A DNA stretch of 64,000 nt, from assembly GCA_002269645.1 (NCBI GenBank), contig NIVC01002516.1, forward strand, positions 62,001 through 126,000. The letters run 5' to 3'. The notes beneath the pieces were generated by a model that saw nothing but the letters and a program-made list of their open reading frames with translations, was not told the DNA's origin and did no database searches. Source of the DNA: Macrostomum lignano. Its lineage: Eukaryota. Below are positions 37,833-49,630 of this stretch, one piece after another. Positions within the stretch are counted from its first letter, which is position 1, and every line of letters begins with the position of its first letter. A program made the translations under genes and the position numbers.

Positions 37833-38210
37833 TGGATTTAGTGCCTCTGGATTTAGTGCCTCTGGATTTAGTGCCTCTGGATTTAGTGCCTCTGGATTTA
37901 GTGCCTCTGGATTTAGTGCCTCTGGATTTAGTGCCTCTGGATTTAGTGCCTCTGGATTTAGTGCCTCTGGTGCTGGCGCCTCTGGTGCTGGCGCCTCTGG
38001 TGCTGGCGCCTCTGGTGCTGGCGCCTCTGGTGCTGGCGCCTCTGGTGCTGGCGCCTCTGGTGCTGGCGCCTCTGGTGCTGGCGCCTCTGGTGCTGGCGCC
38101 TCTGGTGCTGGCGCCTCTGGTGCTGGCGCCTCTGGTGCTGGCGCCTCTGGTGCTGGCGCCTCTGGTGCTGGCGCCTCTGGTGCTGGCGCCTCTGCTACTG
38201 GCGCCTCTGG
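37833..38210. repeat. Bipartite 15-bp minisatellite
   Basis: (GGATTTAGTGCCTCT)n switches abruptly to (GGTGCTGGCGCCTCT)n at about 37968. Confidence 0.95.
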
Positions 38211-38637
38211 TTCGAAAAACTTTGATCCCTATCAAAAAAGCCCCGCTTGGGTGCAGCAGAACTTTTATCATCAGCCGTACATGCCGTTCACACTAGACCT
38301 CTGAACTTTGTATTCCCAACTGTTAAAAGTACACCAAATGTTATCGCTGCTGTGTAGCCGTTTACTCAATTATGAGTATGGATTATAAAATCATTGGTCG
38401 CCGTCTTCATAAGAAAACAGATAAAAATGGCATTTCTCTCGCTTGGCAATCGCGGCAAAGATCAGTTTTATGTTTAAATTTTTATCATTAGTTTTCTAAT
38501 GTCGTGGCTCATTTGGCTTAATTTTGATTAGAAAAAGCTTTTTAACAACTATTTTGATTTATATAACATTGTCCATTCATTCATTCATCCAACGGGTGTC
38601 ATGACTAAATTTCTCACTGCATGTTCAGCTACCATCT

Positions 38638-39228
38638 TTAGTGACTCAGTGTCCTTCGTTACCCGATTCAGTGACTCAGTGTCCTTCGCTACCCGATTCA
38701 GTGGCTCAGTGCCCTTCGCTACCCGATTCAGTGACTCAGTGTCTTTCGCTACCCGATTCAGTGACTCAGTGCCCTTCGCTACCCGATTCAGTGACTCAGT
38801 GTCTTTCGCTACCCGATTCAGTGACTCAGTGCCCTTCGCTACCCGATTCAGTGACTCAGTGCCCTTCGCTACCCGATTCAGTGACTCAGTGTCCTTCGCT
38901 ACCCGATTCAGTGACTCAGTGTCCTTCGCTACCCGATTCAGTGACTCAGTGTCCTTCGCTACCCGACTCAGTGACTCAGTGTCCTTCGCTACCCGATTCA
39001 GTGACTCAGTGTCCTTCGCTACCCGATTCAGTGACTCAGTGCCCTTCGCTACCCGATTCAGTGACTCTGTCTTTCGCTACCCGATTCAGTGACTCAGTGC
39101 CCTTCGCTACCCGATTCAGTGACTCAGTGCCCTTCGCTACCCGATTCAGTGACTCAGTGTCCTTCGCTACCCGATTCAGTGACTCAGTGCCTTTCGTTAC
39201 TCAAATCAGTGACTCAGTGCCCTTCGCC
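38638..39228. repeat. 30-bp minisatellite, 20 units, containing TGACTCA
   Basis: CAGTGACTCAGTG(T/C)CCTTCGCTACCCGATT. Confidence 0.95.
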
Positions 39229-39777
39229 ACCCTCTTGGCGGAGCCTTAGTGCCCACTTTCAGTCAGTCAAACTTACCAATTTGACAACAATGTGTAATGT
39301 AAGTTCGATTGCTTTTTAACGAAGTGGTGCAATTTTTACAATGATTTTATACACGATGAAAAACTATATTTATCTCTCCCATCACTGTATACGATTATAC
39401 TCGTAATTCCAAGTTTTTACAATTGTGACTTCTTACACTTTGATCTATGACAAATTTTCCATTGCTGCTTTGCTATAATCTTTGATTTTATGCTGCTAGT
39501 GGGATGCAGCAGTTTTTCAGTGAGGTTTAACTTTATATTGTTTGACCAGCTAGAAAATATACTACATTGATGACGCGTGAACGCATTGAATACATCTTGA
39601 AAACATTATTTGGCAGAAATTATTGAGACTTTATCATTATGATTGACTTTATCAAATGGTTAGAGGTTTTTATTAAAGTAAAAATGAAATAGACTACCAG
39701 AAATATTTCAGTATAATTGCCTTTTGCGAATGCAATAAACCTTCATGCCAATGAGCTCTGGCCTAAAAGAACCGCGT

Positions 39778-39925
39778 GATATGCGCCAGCCAATCAGCGT
39801 TGGCCTAGTCCAATCGACCGATATGCGCCAGCCAATCAGCGTTGGCCTAGTCCAATCGACCGATATGCGCCAGCCAATCAGCATTGGCCTAGTCCAATCG
39901 ACCGATATGCGACAGCCAATCAGCA
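39778..39925. repeat. 42-bp repeat (3.5 units) with two CCAAT per unit
   Basis: GATATGCGCCAGCCAATCAGCGTTGGCCTAGTCCAATCGACC. Confidence 0.9.
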
Positions 39926-40469
39926 ACCGAGGCCAGAAGCGTCATCGATCGCCCGAGCCTGCTCAAATCCAGCAGCGTAATGACTATCAGCTTGGTGTAG
40001 ACAAAGTGGAAGTTCAGGACGGATTTTCTTGGTGGACTTGCCTTCAGTTGGACCTCAGCTTAGACAATTCAAGGCCGCACGCAGTACGAAAGGATATTTG
40101 ACAGCTTTTTTTATCTTTTTTTACTTTAATTCTTATCGCCAATAGCTCTCGAAGATTCTTAGAGATCTCTACGTTCATTCAAAAATATGAAAAAAATGCA
40201 TCATGCTTTTTGCAGTATCTATTTCTACAAGTTTTCGATCGTTTTGTACCAGCTCGTATCGTTAATATCTTGTATTGCTACTGGTAGTAGTCTTATAAAT
40301 GAACAATAAATTATCTTTATTAATTGACTGTGTAGATCTGTAAAGCAGCAGCCAGCAGCTCTTTTTATTAGCAAATTGGAGCATCAAATCTTTGTATCCT
40401 CTTTTTTACTAATAAAAAGGATGGAATCTCCCTTATGCCTCCGATAAGTCAAGCAGCGATGACCTACCG

Positions 40470-40685
40470 CAATCAGCTGTTTTTGAATTATTAGCCAATC
40501 AGCGCTGGCCTAGCACAATCAGCTGTTTTTGGATTAACCAATCAGCGATGGCCTAGCACAATCAGCTGTTTTTTTGGATCAGCCAATCAGCGATGAACTA
40601 CCATAATCAGCAGTTTTTTGGATTAACCAATCAGCGCTGGCCTAGCACAATCAGCTGTTTTTTGGACTAGCCAATCAGCGCTGGT
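40470..40685. repeat. About 44-bp repeat (5 units) with CCAATCAG, related to 39778-39925
   Basis: CCAATCAGCGCTGGCCTAGCACAATCAGCTGTTTTT. Confidence 0.85.
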
Positions 40686-41554
40686 GTCACAAACACCCAA
40701 TTTTTATTACTAGAAATAACTATTATTATAAAAAATTATTATGCTTTATTATGTTTTTAACTTAAATACGTTTATTATTGTGTAACAGCAATCCTTTGTG
40801 TATATATTTTGTTTAATTACATCTCTACAACGCTCGAATACTGAATGTCTGTCTCAAAACTGAATGAACGCATTATTTCACTTGCTATACAGAAGTCTGT
40901 GTGGCAATGTGTTCCTTGCTCGCGATCATGCTCACTAGAGATTTGGGTCAGTTATACAGATAGATAAAATGGAAATAGCTATACAAGAAATATGTAGGAC
41001 TGAGAGCTCTGAGGCGACAAATGCAGCATATTGATGAGGCAATGCCAAATCGCTCTCCCAGGCCTTGGAAGCTGCAGCCGCGTCAGTTTAGGCAAAATTT
41101 CCAGAATTAAACTTATCTATAGATGTAAATGCTGCGAACGCTCTGCTCTTTGCGACAACTCAGTGGTTTTGTGTATTGATGAATCCCCAATCAGATTTAG
41201 GCGTGTGTGTGGGGGGGGGGCAGCATGGAAACCCGTAGTGCATTATTATTCAACCAGTATTGTGAATCTTCTTATTCTCATTGCCTATAGAAGTAGGCAA
41301 GGAAGCCAAGCCAGGCTAATTGCAACCGAACACCTGGGTGTAGGAGATGATCATTGTATATGCGTTTTGTTTTTAACATGCCAATGTACAACGTAGAAAA
41401 TTAGTTATTAATATTTCCATCGAGTGGAGAGTGAAGACTTCAGTTTGATTGGCACTCTGGATTGCGCGATGCTTCTTAAAACTTGTGTTCGAAATGATAT
41501 AAAGTGCCTGAGTAGCTCTTCATCTAGTTCTACAGCCTCTATTCAGACTGTCTA

Positions 41555-42670
41555 TCACTCTTCTACTGTCTATCCGCCTGTCCACGTGTCTGTCACCTTT
41601 GTACTGTCACTCTGGAGCCTGTCCACGTGTCTGTCACCTTTCTACTGTCACTCCGGAGCCTATCCGCGTGTCTGTCACCTTTCTACTGTCACTCCGGAGC
41701 CTATCCGCGTGTCTGTCACCTTTCTTATATCACTCTGGAGCCTATCCGCGTGTCTGTCACCTTTCTACTGTCACTCCGGAGCCTATCCGCGTGTCTGTCA
41801 CCTTTCTACTGTCACTCCGGAGCCTATCCGCGTGTCTGTCACCTTTCTACTGTCACTCCGGAGCCTATCCGCGTGTCTGTCACCTTTCTACTGTCACTCC
41901 GGAGCCTATCCGCGTGTCTGTCACCTTTCTACTGTCACTCCGGAGCCTATCCACGTATCTGTCACCTTTCTTATATCACTCTGGAGCCTATCCGCGTGTC
42001 TGTCACCTTTCTACTGTCACTCCGGAGCCTATCCGCGTGTCTGTCACCTTTCTACTGTCACTCTGGAGCCTATCCGCGTGTCTGTCACCTTTCTACTGTC
42101 ACTCCGGAGCCTATCCGCGTGTCTGTCACCTTTCTACTGTCACTCCGGAGCCTATCCGCGTGTCTGTCACCTTTCTACTGTCACTCTGGAGCCTGTCCAC
42201 GTGTCTGTCACCTTTCTACTGTCACTCCGGAGCCTATCCGCGTGTCTGTCACCTTTCTACTGTCACTCCGGAGCCTATCCGCGTGTCTGTCACCTTTCTA
42301 CTGTCACTCTGGAGCCTATCCGCGTGTCTGTCACCTTTCTACTGTCACTCCGGAGCCTATCCGCGTGTCTGTCACCTTTCTACTGTCACTCCGGAGCCTA
42401 TCCGCGTATCTGTCACCTTTCTACTGTCACTCTGGAGCCTGTCCACGTGTCTGTCACCTTTCTACTGTCACTCTGGAGCCTATCCGCGTGTCTGTCACCT
42501 TTCTACTGTCACTCCGGAGCCTATCCGCGTGTCTGTCACCCTTCTACTTTCATTCTGGAGCCTGTCCACGTGTCTGTCACCTTTCTACTTTCATTCTGGA
42601 GCCTGTCCACGTGTCTGTCACCTTTCTACTTTCATTCTGGAGCCTGTCCACGTGTCTGTCACCTTTCTAC
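41555..42670. repeat. 41-bp minisatellite, about 27 units
   Basis: CTGTCACTCCGGAGCCTATCCGCGTGTCTGTCACCTTTCTA; period 41 (41641 to 41682). Confidence 0.95.
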
Positions 42671-43104
42671 TGTCGCTATGAAGTTTGTCTGGCTGTCTAT
42701 CTGTCACTTTGGAGTTCATCTGCGTCTCTGTCACTCTGGAGTCTGTCTACTGTAAGCTAGTTGAAGTATCTATCACTCCTCTCTTTATCGGTCACTCCTC
42801 TGTCACTCCAACTGTTACTCTCTAATTCTCCCCCTTATTCGAATTCCAACTCGCGGTTTCAATGCAGCGAATTGCTTTTTATTTGGTGAACTTTTAGTTA
42901 CACCGATATCTTCCTCTGGTTTGAGAGTCGGATGTCCTAAAGTTATCAAAGGCCAAGACAATTCATCAGTTACTTTGTACACGGCTACAATATAGAGTAT
43001 AATACGAATAATTCCAATCGCAAACAGCAGATCAGCAGGCCAAAGTGTATTTACAAAATGAGGCTTATGTCCTCCGAGCAGGTAAAAAATATTCCACTAT
43101 TACG

Positions 43105-43110
43105 TTTATT
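43105..43110 (-). terminator. Candidate AATAAA poly(A) signal for the protocadherin
   Basis: AATAAA on the minus strand about 370 nt after the stop; a second one lies at 42878-42883. Position only, no transcript evidence. Confidence 0.25.
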
Positions 43111-43478
43111 GTTTGAGAGCAGAACCAAATTTGGTAAACAGTAGAAAAATTGGTCTTTTGAGCCAGCAGAACCAGGTTCACAACTCGCCCGCATCAGATT
43201 TACTAGAGTTGTCACAACTTCAGACAAGTACGCATGAATCGGGTGAATCGCACACCGGTCAACAGTAGCTCATCAGCTCGTCAGAATTCCGGGAGTTTTT
43301 ACTGATTCCAAAACCGAAGTTGCGCTAACTTTAACATGACCCCAAAAATGGTTTCTTAGTTACGTGTAGACTGAAAACTGCAGTATGGCTGCAACTGAAA
43401 AAACTTCAGGTTGCTCAACTGGACCGCCAGAGAAATGAAACCCCCCCCCTCATTAGCGGTCCTTGGCTGTCAGTGCAT

Positions 43479-43843
43479 TCAAACAAAGCTGGCATCCGCG
43501 TACGGGTTGAACTGGGCGAACTTCCGCCTGGAGGTCGTTGCCGAGCCCCCCGCCATCTCCCAGCGGCCACCGTCGACGCTGGAAAACGGCGGATGCTGCT
43601 GCTGCTGCTGGACGACGGAGCCACCGTCTCCGCCAGTTGCGGCTGAGCTGATGCCGTCCGCTTCGCCTCTGCGCCCCGGCCTCGACTGCAGGTCGAGCGT
43701 GGCGGTGGCAGCAGCGGCAGCGGCCGAGGAGTTCGAGTTTGAAGCGATCTGGTAGTAGGTGTGCGCGTGCTGCAGGCGGCCCGGCGGCTGGCGCAGACTC
43801 TGATAGGGCTCCGCTGCGCTGCCGATCAGAGCCATCTGGTGGA
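43479..43843 (-). CDS. Protocadherin coding exon 8 (C-terminal cytoplasmic tail, ends ...YADASFV*)
   Basis: Acceptor CCCCCCTCAG, phase 1 matches exon 7. Low-complexity A/G/Q tail ending in an S-x-V class I PDZ-type motif. Confidence 0.75.
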
Positions 43844-43994
43844 CTGAGGGGGGTAAGCGGAAGCCACACTCTACCTGGGGGTAAGCGGAGGGTCAGGGGC
43901 ATCCGGTTTCCCAACTTTGCTGCCGCCTCGCTCCCATTGCTGTCTGACTCACTCTCTGCGTCTCTGCCTCTGCTCTCCAATCATGCCCCTTTTC

Positions 43995-45050
43995 TTCTGT
44001 CTGTCCTGTCCTGTCCTGTCTGTCCTGTCCTGTCCTGTCTGTCTTGTCCTGTCCTATCTGTCCTGTCCTGTCCTGTCTGTCTGTCCTTTTTTGTCCTGTC
44101 CTGTCCTGTCTGTCTTGTCCTGTCTGTCCTGTCCTGTCTGTCCTGTCCTGTCCTGCCTGTCTTGTCCTGTCTGTCTTGTCCTGTCTGTCCTGTCCTGTTC
44201 TGTCTGTCTTGTCCTGTCCTGTCCTGTCCTGTCCTGTCCTGTCTTGTCCTGTCTGTTCTTTTTTGTCCTGTCCTGTCCTGTCTGTCTTGTCCTGTCTGTC
44301 CTGTCCTGTCCTGTCTGTCTCGTCCTGTCTGTCTTGTCCTGTCCTGTCTGTCTTGTCATGTCTGTCCTGTCCTGTCCTGTCTGTCTTGTCCTGTCTGTCC
44401 TGTCCTGTCCTGTCTGTCTCGTCCTGTCTGTCTTGTCCTGTCCTGTCTGTCTTGTCATGTCTGTCCTGTCCTGTCCTGTCTGTCTTGTCCTGTCCTGTCC
44501 TGTCTGTTCTGTCCTGTCCTGTCTGTTCTGTCCTGTCTGTCCTGTCCTGTCTGTCTTGTCCTGTCTGTCCTGTCTTGTCCTGTCCTGTCTGTCTTGTCCT
44601 GTCCTGTCCTGTCCTGTCCTGTCCTGTCCTGTCTGTCTTGTCCTGTCTGTCCTGTCCTGTCTGTCCTGTCCTGTCCTGCCTGTCTTGTCCTGTCTGTCTT
44701 GTCCTGTCTGTCCTGTCCTGTTCTGTCTGTCTTGTCCTGTCCTGTCCTGTCCTGTCCTGTCCTGTCCTGTCTTGTCCTGTCTGTTCTTTTTTGTCCTGTC
44801 CTGTCCTGTCTGTCTTGTCCTGTCTGTCCTGTCCTGTCCTGTCTGTCTCGTCCTGTCTGTCCTGTCCTGTCCTGTCCTGTCTGTCTTGTCATGTCTGTCC
44901 TGTCCTGTCCTGTCTGTTCTGTCCTGTCCTGTCTGTTCTGTCCTGTCTGTCCTGTCCTGTCTGTCTTGTCCTGTCTGTCCTGTCTTGTCCTGTCCTGTCT
45001 GTCTTGTCCTGTCCTGTCCTGTCCTGTCCTGTCCTGTCTGTCTTGTCCTG
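43995..45050. repeat. (CTGTC)n-type 4-5-bp compound microsatellite in protocadherin intron 7
   Basis: Read directly; source of the SCPV/CLSC and TGQDR ORFs. Confidence 0.95.
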
Positions 45051-45810
45051 TCTTCTCCTCTGTACTATCTCCTGTCTCTCCTATTTCTCCTGTCTCACCC
45101 CTCTCCTCCCCCTCCTCTCTCTCTCCTGCCTCTTCTTTCTCTCATCTCCCCTCCGTCCCACTCCAATGCTTCTCTATATTTTCTTCTCTTTTATCCCCTC
45201 TCTATCTCTTCATGTCACCTTTAGAAGTGTCTCGCCATACACACAGTTCCATAATTGTCCCCTCGCCCTCCCTCTTCGTCCAAACATCTTGCTATCTCTC
45301 TCAGACCCTAATAGTCTGGACAAGCAATTACTAAGTTACATGTAAGATGTTCACCCCGATAACTAATTCGGCCACACCCTGCACCGAGTCGGGGATCTGT
45401 AGATGAGATGACCCCAATCGGCTAAACTGACATGTTGCACGAGAAAGTGCACTGACAGGACTGCCTTCTTCAATCCGTGAACCCGAAGCCAAAATGTTTC
45501 AATAAGTTCAGAACAAACTGAAAGAAACCATAGGTGCTATTTCCTAATTCATAATTCTCAATAAAAATATCCCGCTTTCGAGTACTGCTTGCTCCAATCC
45601 TCTCTCTGCTCTCAAATTGCAGCACAGGGTAATTAACCTACCCCCTCTCCCTATGGAGATCGAAGATGGGATCAGATGGGGATGGGAAGAGAAGAGACAG
45701 GCGGATTAGAAGGGCCAAATTATTGGCACGGATTGGAAATCGATAGCAATTAGCGAACAAGGAGTTCAGTTGCAACAGCCAGTCTTGTTCTGAACGCGAT
45801 AGCAACTCAC

Positions 45811-45874
45811 TCTCGTCTCCATCGTTAGCGCCCGGCGGCTGTCGCAGTGTGGCCTGGATCAGGTTGTAGTGCTG
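45811..45874 (-). CDS. Protocadherin coding exon 7 (64 nt)
   Basis: Acceptor CACTTCAG (CAGCAG tandem), donor A|GTGAGT, phase 0 to 1; QHYNLIQATLRQPPGANDGDE. Confidence 0.65.
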
Positions 45875-45959
45875 CTGAAGTGCGATGGTGGGGAAAGTGC
45901 GTTTTACTCGTAGAGTCATACTCACAAAGTATACTATATGTCCAAATGGGAATAAGCGC

Positions 45960-46465
45960 GAAACGATTGTGTGTCTGAGTGGAATAAGCGCATAATGACT
46001 GTGTGTCTGAGTGGAATAAGCGCATAATGACTGTGTGTGTCTGAGTGGAATAAGCGCACAATGACTGTATGTGTCTGAGTGGAATAAGCGCATACTTACT
46101 GTGTGTCTGAGTGGAATAAGCGCATAATGACTGTGTGTGTCTGAGTGGAATAAGCGCATAATGACTGTGTGTGTCTGAGTGGAATAAGCGCATAATGACT
46201 GTGTGTGTCTGAGTGGAATAAGCGCATAATGACTGTGTGTGTCTGAGTGGAGTAAGCGCATAATGACTGTGTGTGTCTGAGTGGAATAAGCGCATAATGA
46301 CTGTGTGTGTCTGAGTGGAATAAGCGCATAATGACTGTGTGTGTCTGAGTGGAATAAGCGCATAATGACTGTGTGTGTCTGAGTGGAATAAGCGCATAAT
46401 GACTGTGTGTGTCTGAGTGGAATAAGCGCATAATGACTGTGTGTGTCTGAGTGGAATAAGCGCAT
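45960..46465. repeat. 34-bp minisatellite, about 15 units, protocadherin intron 6
   Basis: CTGAGTGGAATAAGCGCATAATGACTGTGTGTGT. Confidence 0.95.
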
Positions 46466-46662
46466 AAAGACCGCGTGTGTACGTCCGAGTCCAAGTGGAT
46501 GAATTAGCATTATTTAGCATTCTCAATGCGCCCATAAGCTTATTTGCTGCCAGCAGATAAAAACGAGCGTAATGAGACTAAAGTTTGTGTCTTATCGCAG
46601 CTTGGAGTATGCGAGAATTTCTTGATTCAGCCTTAAAACTGAGTGCTCAGCGCCCCACTCAC

Positions 46663-46700
46663 CTCCGCCTGACCGAACTCGTCAAACATGCCGATCTGAT
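46663..46700 (-). CDS. Protocadherin coding micro-exon 6 (38 nt)
   Basis: Acceptor TTTATATTCCAG, donor GAG|GTGAGT, phase 1 to 0, exactly reconciling exons 5 and 7; (D)QIGMFDEFGQAE. Confidence 0.65.
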
Positions 46701-47017
46701 CTGGAATATAAAGGCCAATAAATATAGCTCTGCTAGATGAAAATCGATATATTGAGAAAAGCATTGCGCGGTACGGTGCATTGGCTGGGCTGATTGACTG
46801 ACAAGGTGCTGCCCAAGCATGATTGAGTTTGGATTGATTGCTTGCTCATCTTGTGCTTGCCATTCGACCGTTGCCTTCAGAAAATAAGAAATTACTCTCC
46901 TTTTGTGTGCTCGCTTCAACACTTCACTTCATCAGTTCAGCTGGTTGCTTCTCTGTTCTTGCTCTGAGAATTTTTGCTGGGCCACACGTGTTGGATTGAG
47001 CCATGGCATCTCAGCAA

Positions 47018-47830
47018 CTCCCCATTGAGCCATGGCATCTCAGCAACTCCCCATTGAGCCATGGCATCTCAGCAACTCCCCATTGAGCCATGGCATCTCA
47101 GCAACTCCCCATTGAGCCATGGCATCTCAGCAACTCCCCATTGAGCCATGGCATCTCAGCAACTCCCCATTGAGCCATGGCATCTCAGCAACTCCCCATT
47201 GAGCCATGGCATCTCAGCAACTCCCCATTGAGCCATGGCATCTCAGCAACTCCCCATTGAGCCATGGCTTCTCAGAAATTCGCCATTGAGCCATGGCTTC
47301 TCAGCAATTCGCCATTGAGCCATGGCTTCTCAGCAACCCATTGAGCCATGGCATCTCAGGATCTCTTCCTTGAGCCTTGGCATCTCAGGATCTCTTCCTT
47401 GAGCCTTGGCATCTCAGGATCTCTTCCTTGAGCCTTGGCATCTCAGGATCTCTTCCTTGAGCCTTGGCATCTCAGGATCTCTTCCTTGAGCCTTGGCATC
47501 TCAGGATCTCTTCCTTGAGCCTTGGCATCTCAGGATCTCTTCCTTGAGCCTTGGCATCTCAGGATCTCTTCCTTGAGCCTTGGCATCTCAGGATCTCTTC
47601 CTTGAGCCTTGGCATCTCAGGATCTCTTCCTTGAGCCTTGGCATCTCAGGATCTCTTCCTTGAGCCTTGGCATCTCAGGATCTCTTCCTTGAGCCTTGGC
47701 ATCTCAGGATCTCTTCCTTGAGCCTTGGCATCTCAGGATCTCTTCCTTGAGCCTTGGCATCTCAGGATCTCTTCCTTGAGCCTTGGCATCTCAGGATCTC
47801 TTCCTTGAGCCTTGGCATCTCGGCAACTCC
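47018..47830. repeat. Bipartite 29-bp minisatellite, protocadherin intron 5
   Basis: GAGCCATGGCATCTCAGCAACTCCCCATT switching to GAGCCTTGGCATCTCAGGATCTCTTCCTT. Confidence 0.95.
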
Positions 47831-47857
47831 CCCCCCCTTGAGCTCTGGTGTGCTCAC

Positions 47858-48517
47858 CTCGCTCCGGCGCGAACTTCACCGTCTCGAAGCCGCCGCATTT
47901 CCCGGAAGAGGCAGCTTCCGTCATCGCCGCTGCCGCGGTGGCCTCGGATCCCAGCATCCTCCGGTGCCGCCGACGCTGACGGCCAGCTACGTCGTTGGCT
48001 CTGTCGACGCCGCCACCTGCTGGTCGCCGACGGCAGGGCCTGAGCAGCACCAGCGCCACCGCGGCCGCCGCGGCCAGCAGCAGCAGCAGGAGGAACAGCA
48101 GGCCCAGCAGTAGAACTGCTCGCGTCGATGCGCTCCGGCCGGAGATGAGGCCGCCGCCGCCGCCGATTCTCCCCCGATCGGCGCCATTCTCCCAGCAGCT
48201 GCGGCGTCGACGTTGTCGTCGTCTCCGTCTGGCGCCGATACGCGAAAGAAAACTCGGACTCGGCTGAACCGGGCCGGGCTGCCGCAGTCCCTGGCCTCCA
48301 GGGTGGCCTCGAAGCTGGCGCCGGGCGGTCCGAGCGGCCCCGTGACGATCACCGTGCCGCTGCCGCGGTCAACGCCGATGGCATTGGCGGCCAGGGAAGT
48401 CAAGCTGTAGACAATCTGGGCGTTCTGCCCGACGTCGTTGTCCACCGCCTGGATCTGCAGCAGAGTCCGGCCGGGCTTCGTCGATGACGGCACTTTGAAG
48501 ACTTGGTCTGCTCGCGG
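47858..48517 (-). CDS. Protocadherin coding exon 5 (EC7, TM helix, juxtamembrane), with an apparent 1-nt frameshift
   Basis: Acceptor CTCCACAG. The EC7 motifs (AVDNDVGQNAQIVYSL, EARDCGSP) are in one frame; the TM AVLLLGLLFLLLLLLAAAAAVALVLL plus RPCRRR is in the -1 frame. Donor G|GTGAGC. Confidence 0.8.
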
Positions 48518-48644
48518 CTGTGGAGCAGTGGGAGAATGACTGTGCAGATGGCTGATGCTTTCGGATGCAGTCAGCTTGTGTGCCCTTAGTATCGCACATG
48601 ATTCGTTAAGAGCAAATTCATTAGTGTAAATTCTTCATCTGTTT

Positions 48645-48890
48645 ACATCCCTCATCAGTGTTACATCTTTTATCAGCGTACATCCTTTATCAGTGTACAT
48701 CCTTTATCAGTGTACATCCGTCATCAGTGTGCATCCGTCATCAGTGTACATCCTTTATCAGTGTACATCCTTTATCAGTGTACATCCGTCATCAGTATAC
48801 ATTCGTCATCAGTATACATCCGTCATCAGTGTGCATCCGTCATCAGTGTACATCCTTAATCAGTGTACATCCGTCATCAGTGTACATGTT
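48645..48890. repeat. 19-bp minisatellite, protocadherin intron 4
   Basis: ATCAGTGTACATCC(TTT/GTC). Confidence 0.9.
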
Positions 48891-48967
48891 TAGTCACTGT
48901 ATACATTAATCTGTGCACCTCTATCCCCAAGTGTTCACAGCGTCAAGCTGCGCCTAGCGGCGCCCAC

Positions 48968-49432
48968 CTCTATTATCTGCGGGTCGCAGTCGTTTTCGTC
49001 CTCCACTTCAACGGTGATGGTCGCCGTGCCGGTCAGCCGGCCTCGGCCGGAGTCGCCCGAGACGCCGCTGTCGATGGCAGCCACGCGGAAGACGTAGCTT
49101 GGCCGCGTCTCGCGGTCGAGTTTGCGAGCTAGGCTGAGCTGGCCCGTCCTGCGGTTGAGCTGGAAGCTCCGCTGCGGCTCCAGCGGCTCGTCGCCGGCCG
49201 AGATGATTACGTAATCGATGGGTCCGGGCGACAAACTGCCCTCGTCGTCGGCGTCGAATGCTCGCACGGCGCCAACCTCGCGACCAATCAGCGCATTCTC
49301 CATCACTCGGAAGCTGTAGTCGGTCTGCTCAAACTGCGGTCGATTGTCGTTCAAATTGTCGATTGTGACGAGCACGGTGGCTGAGTCCCGGTGGTCCGGG
49401 TTCGAGTCCGTGGCCGTCACAGTCAGGGTCAC
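48968..49432 (-). CDS. Protocadherin coding exon 4 (end of EC5, EC6)
   Basis: DNLNDNRPQF, AFDADD, LDRE, EDENDCDP. Acceptor TTTCAAG, donor GAG|GTGGGC; 465 nt, phase 0 to 0. Confidence 0.88.
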
Positions 49433-49630
49433 CTTGAAATCGGTGTTTTAAGTTCACGACTTTGAAGTTGCCTCACTAGAAAAATGAGAATTGCCGACCG
49501 GGATAAAATCAAGGAGAACGCTAAGCCGAGTCCTAAGCGCCAACCGAAGCCGAAGCCGAAGCCGAAGCCGAAGCCGAACCTGAAAAACCGAACCCTCTTT
49601 CCCCTAGTTTCTCCGTTTGCCGCGGCTCAC

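Noticed and set aside
37780-38296. (GASTR)n/(GTKSR)n and (LVLAP)n ORFs as a repetitive protein
   Set aside because: No synonymous variation between units and open on both strands; simple 15-bp satellite.
41424-46535. Cys-rich ORFs (CHSGAYPRV, SCPVLS, HSDTHSHY) as metal-binding proteins
   Set aside because: They are translations of the 41-bp, 5-bp and 34-bp satellites.
48140-48200. Programmed -1 ribosomal frameshift in the protocadherin
   Set aside because: There is no canonical X XXY YYZ heptamer in frame (C GGG GGA is imperfect); a homopolymer sequencing error is far more parsimonious.
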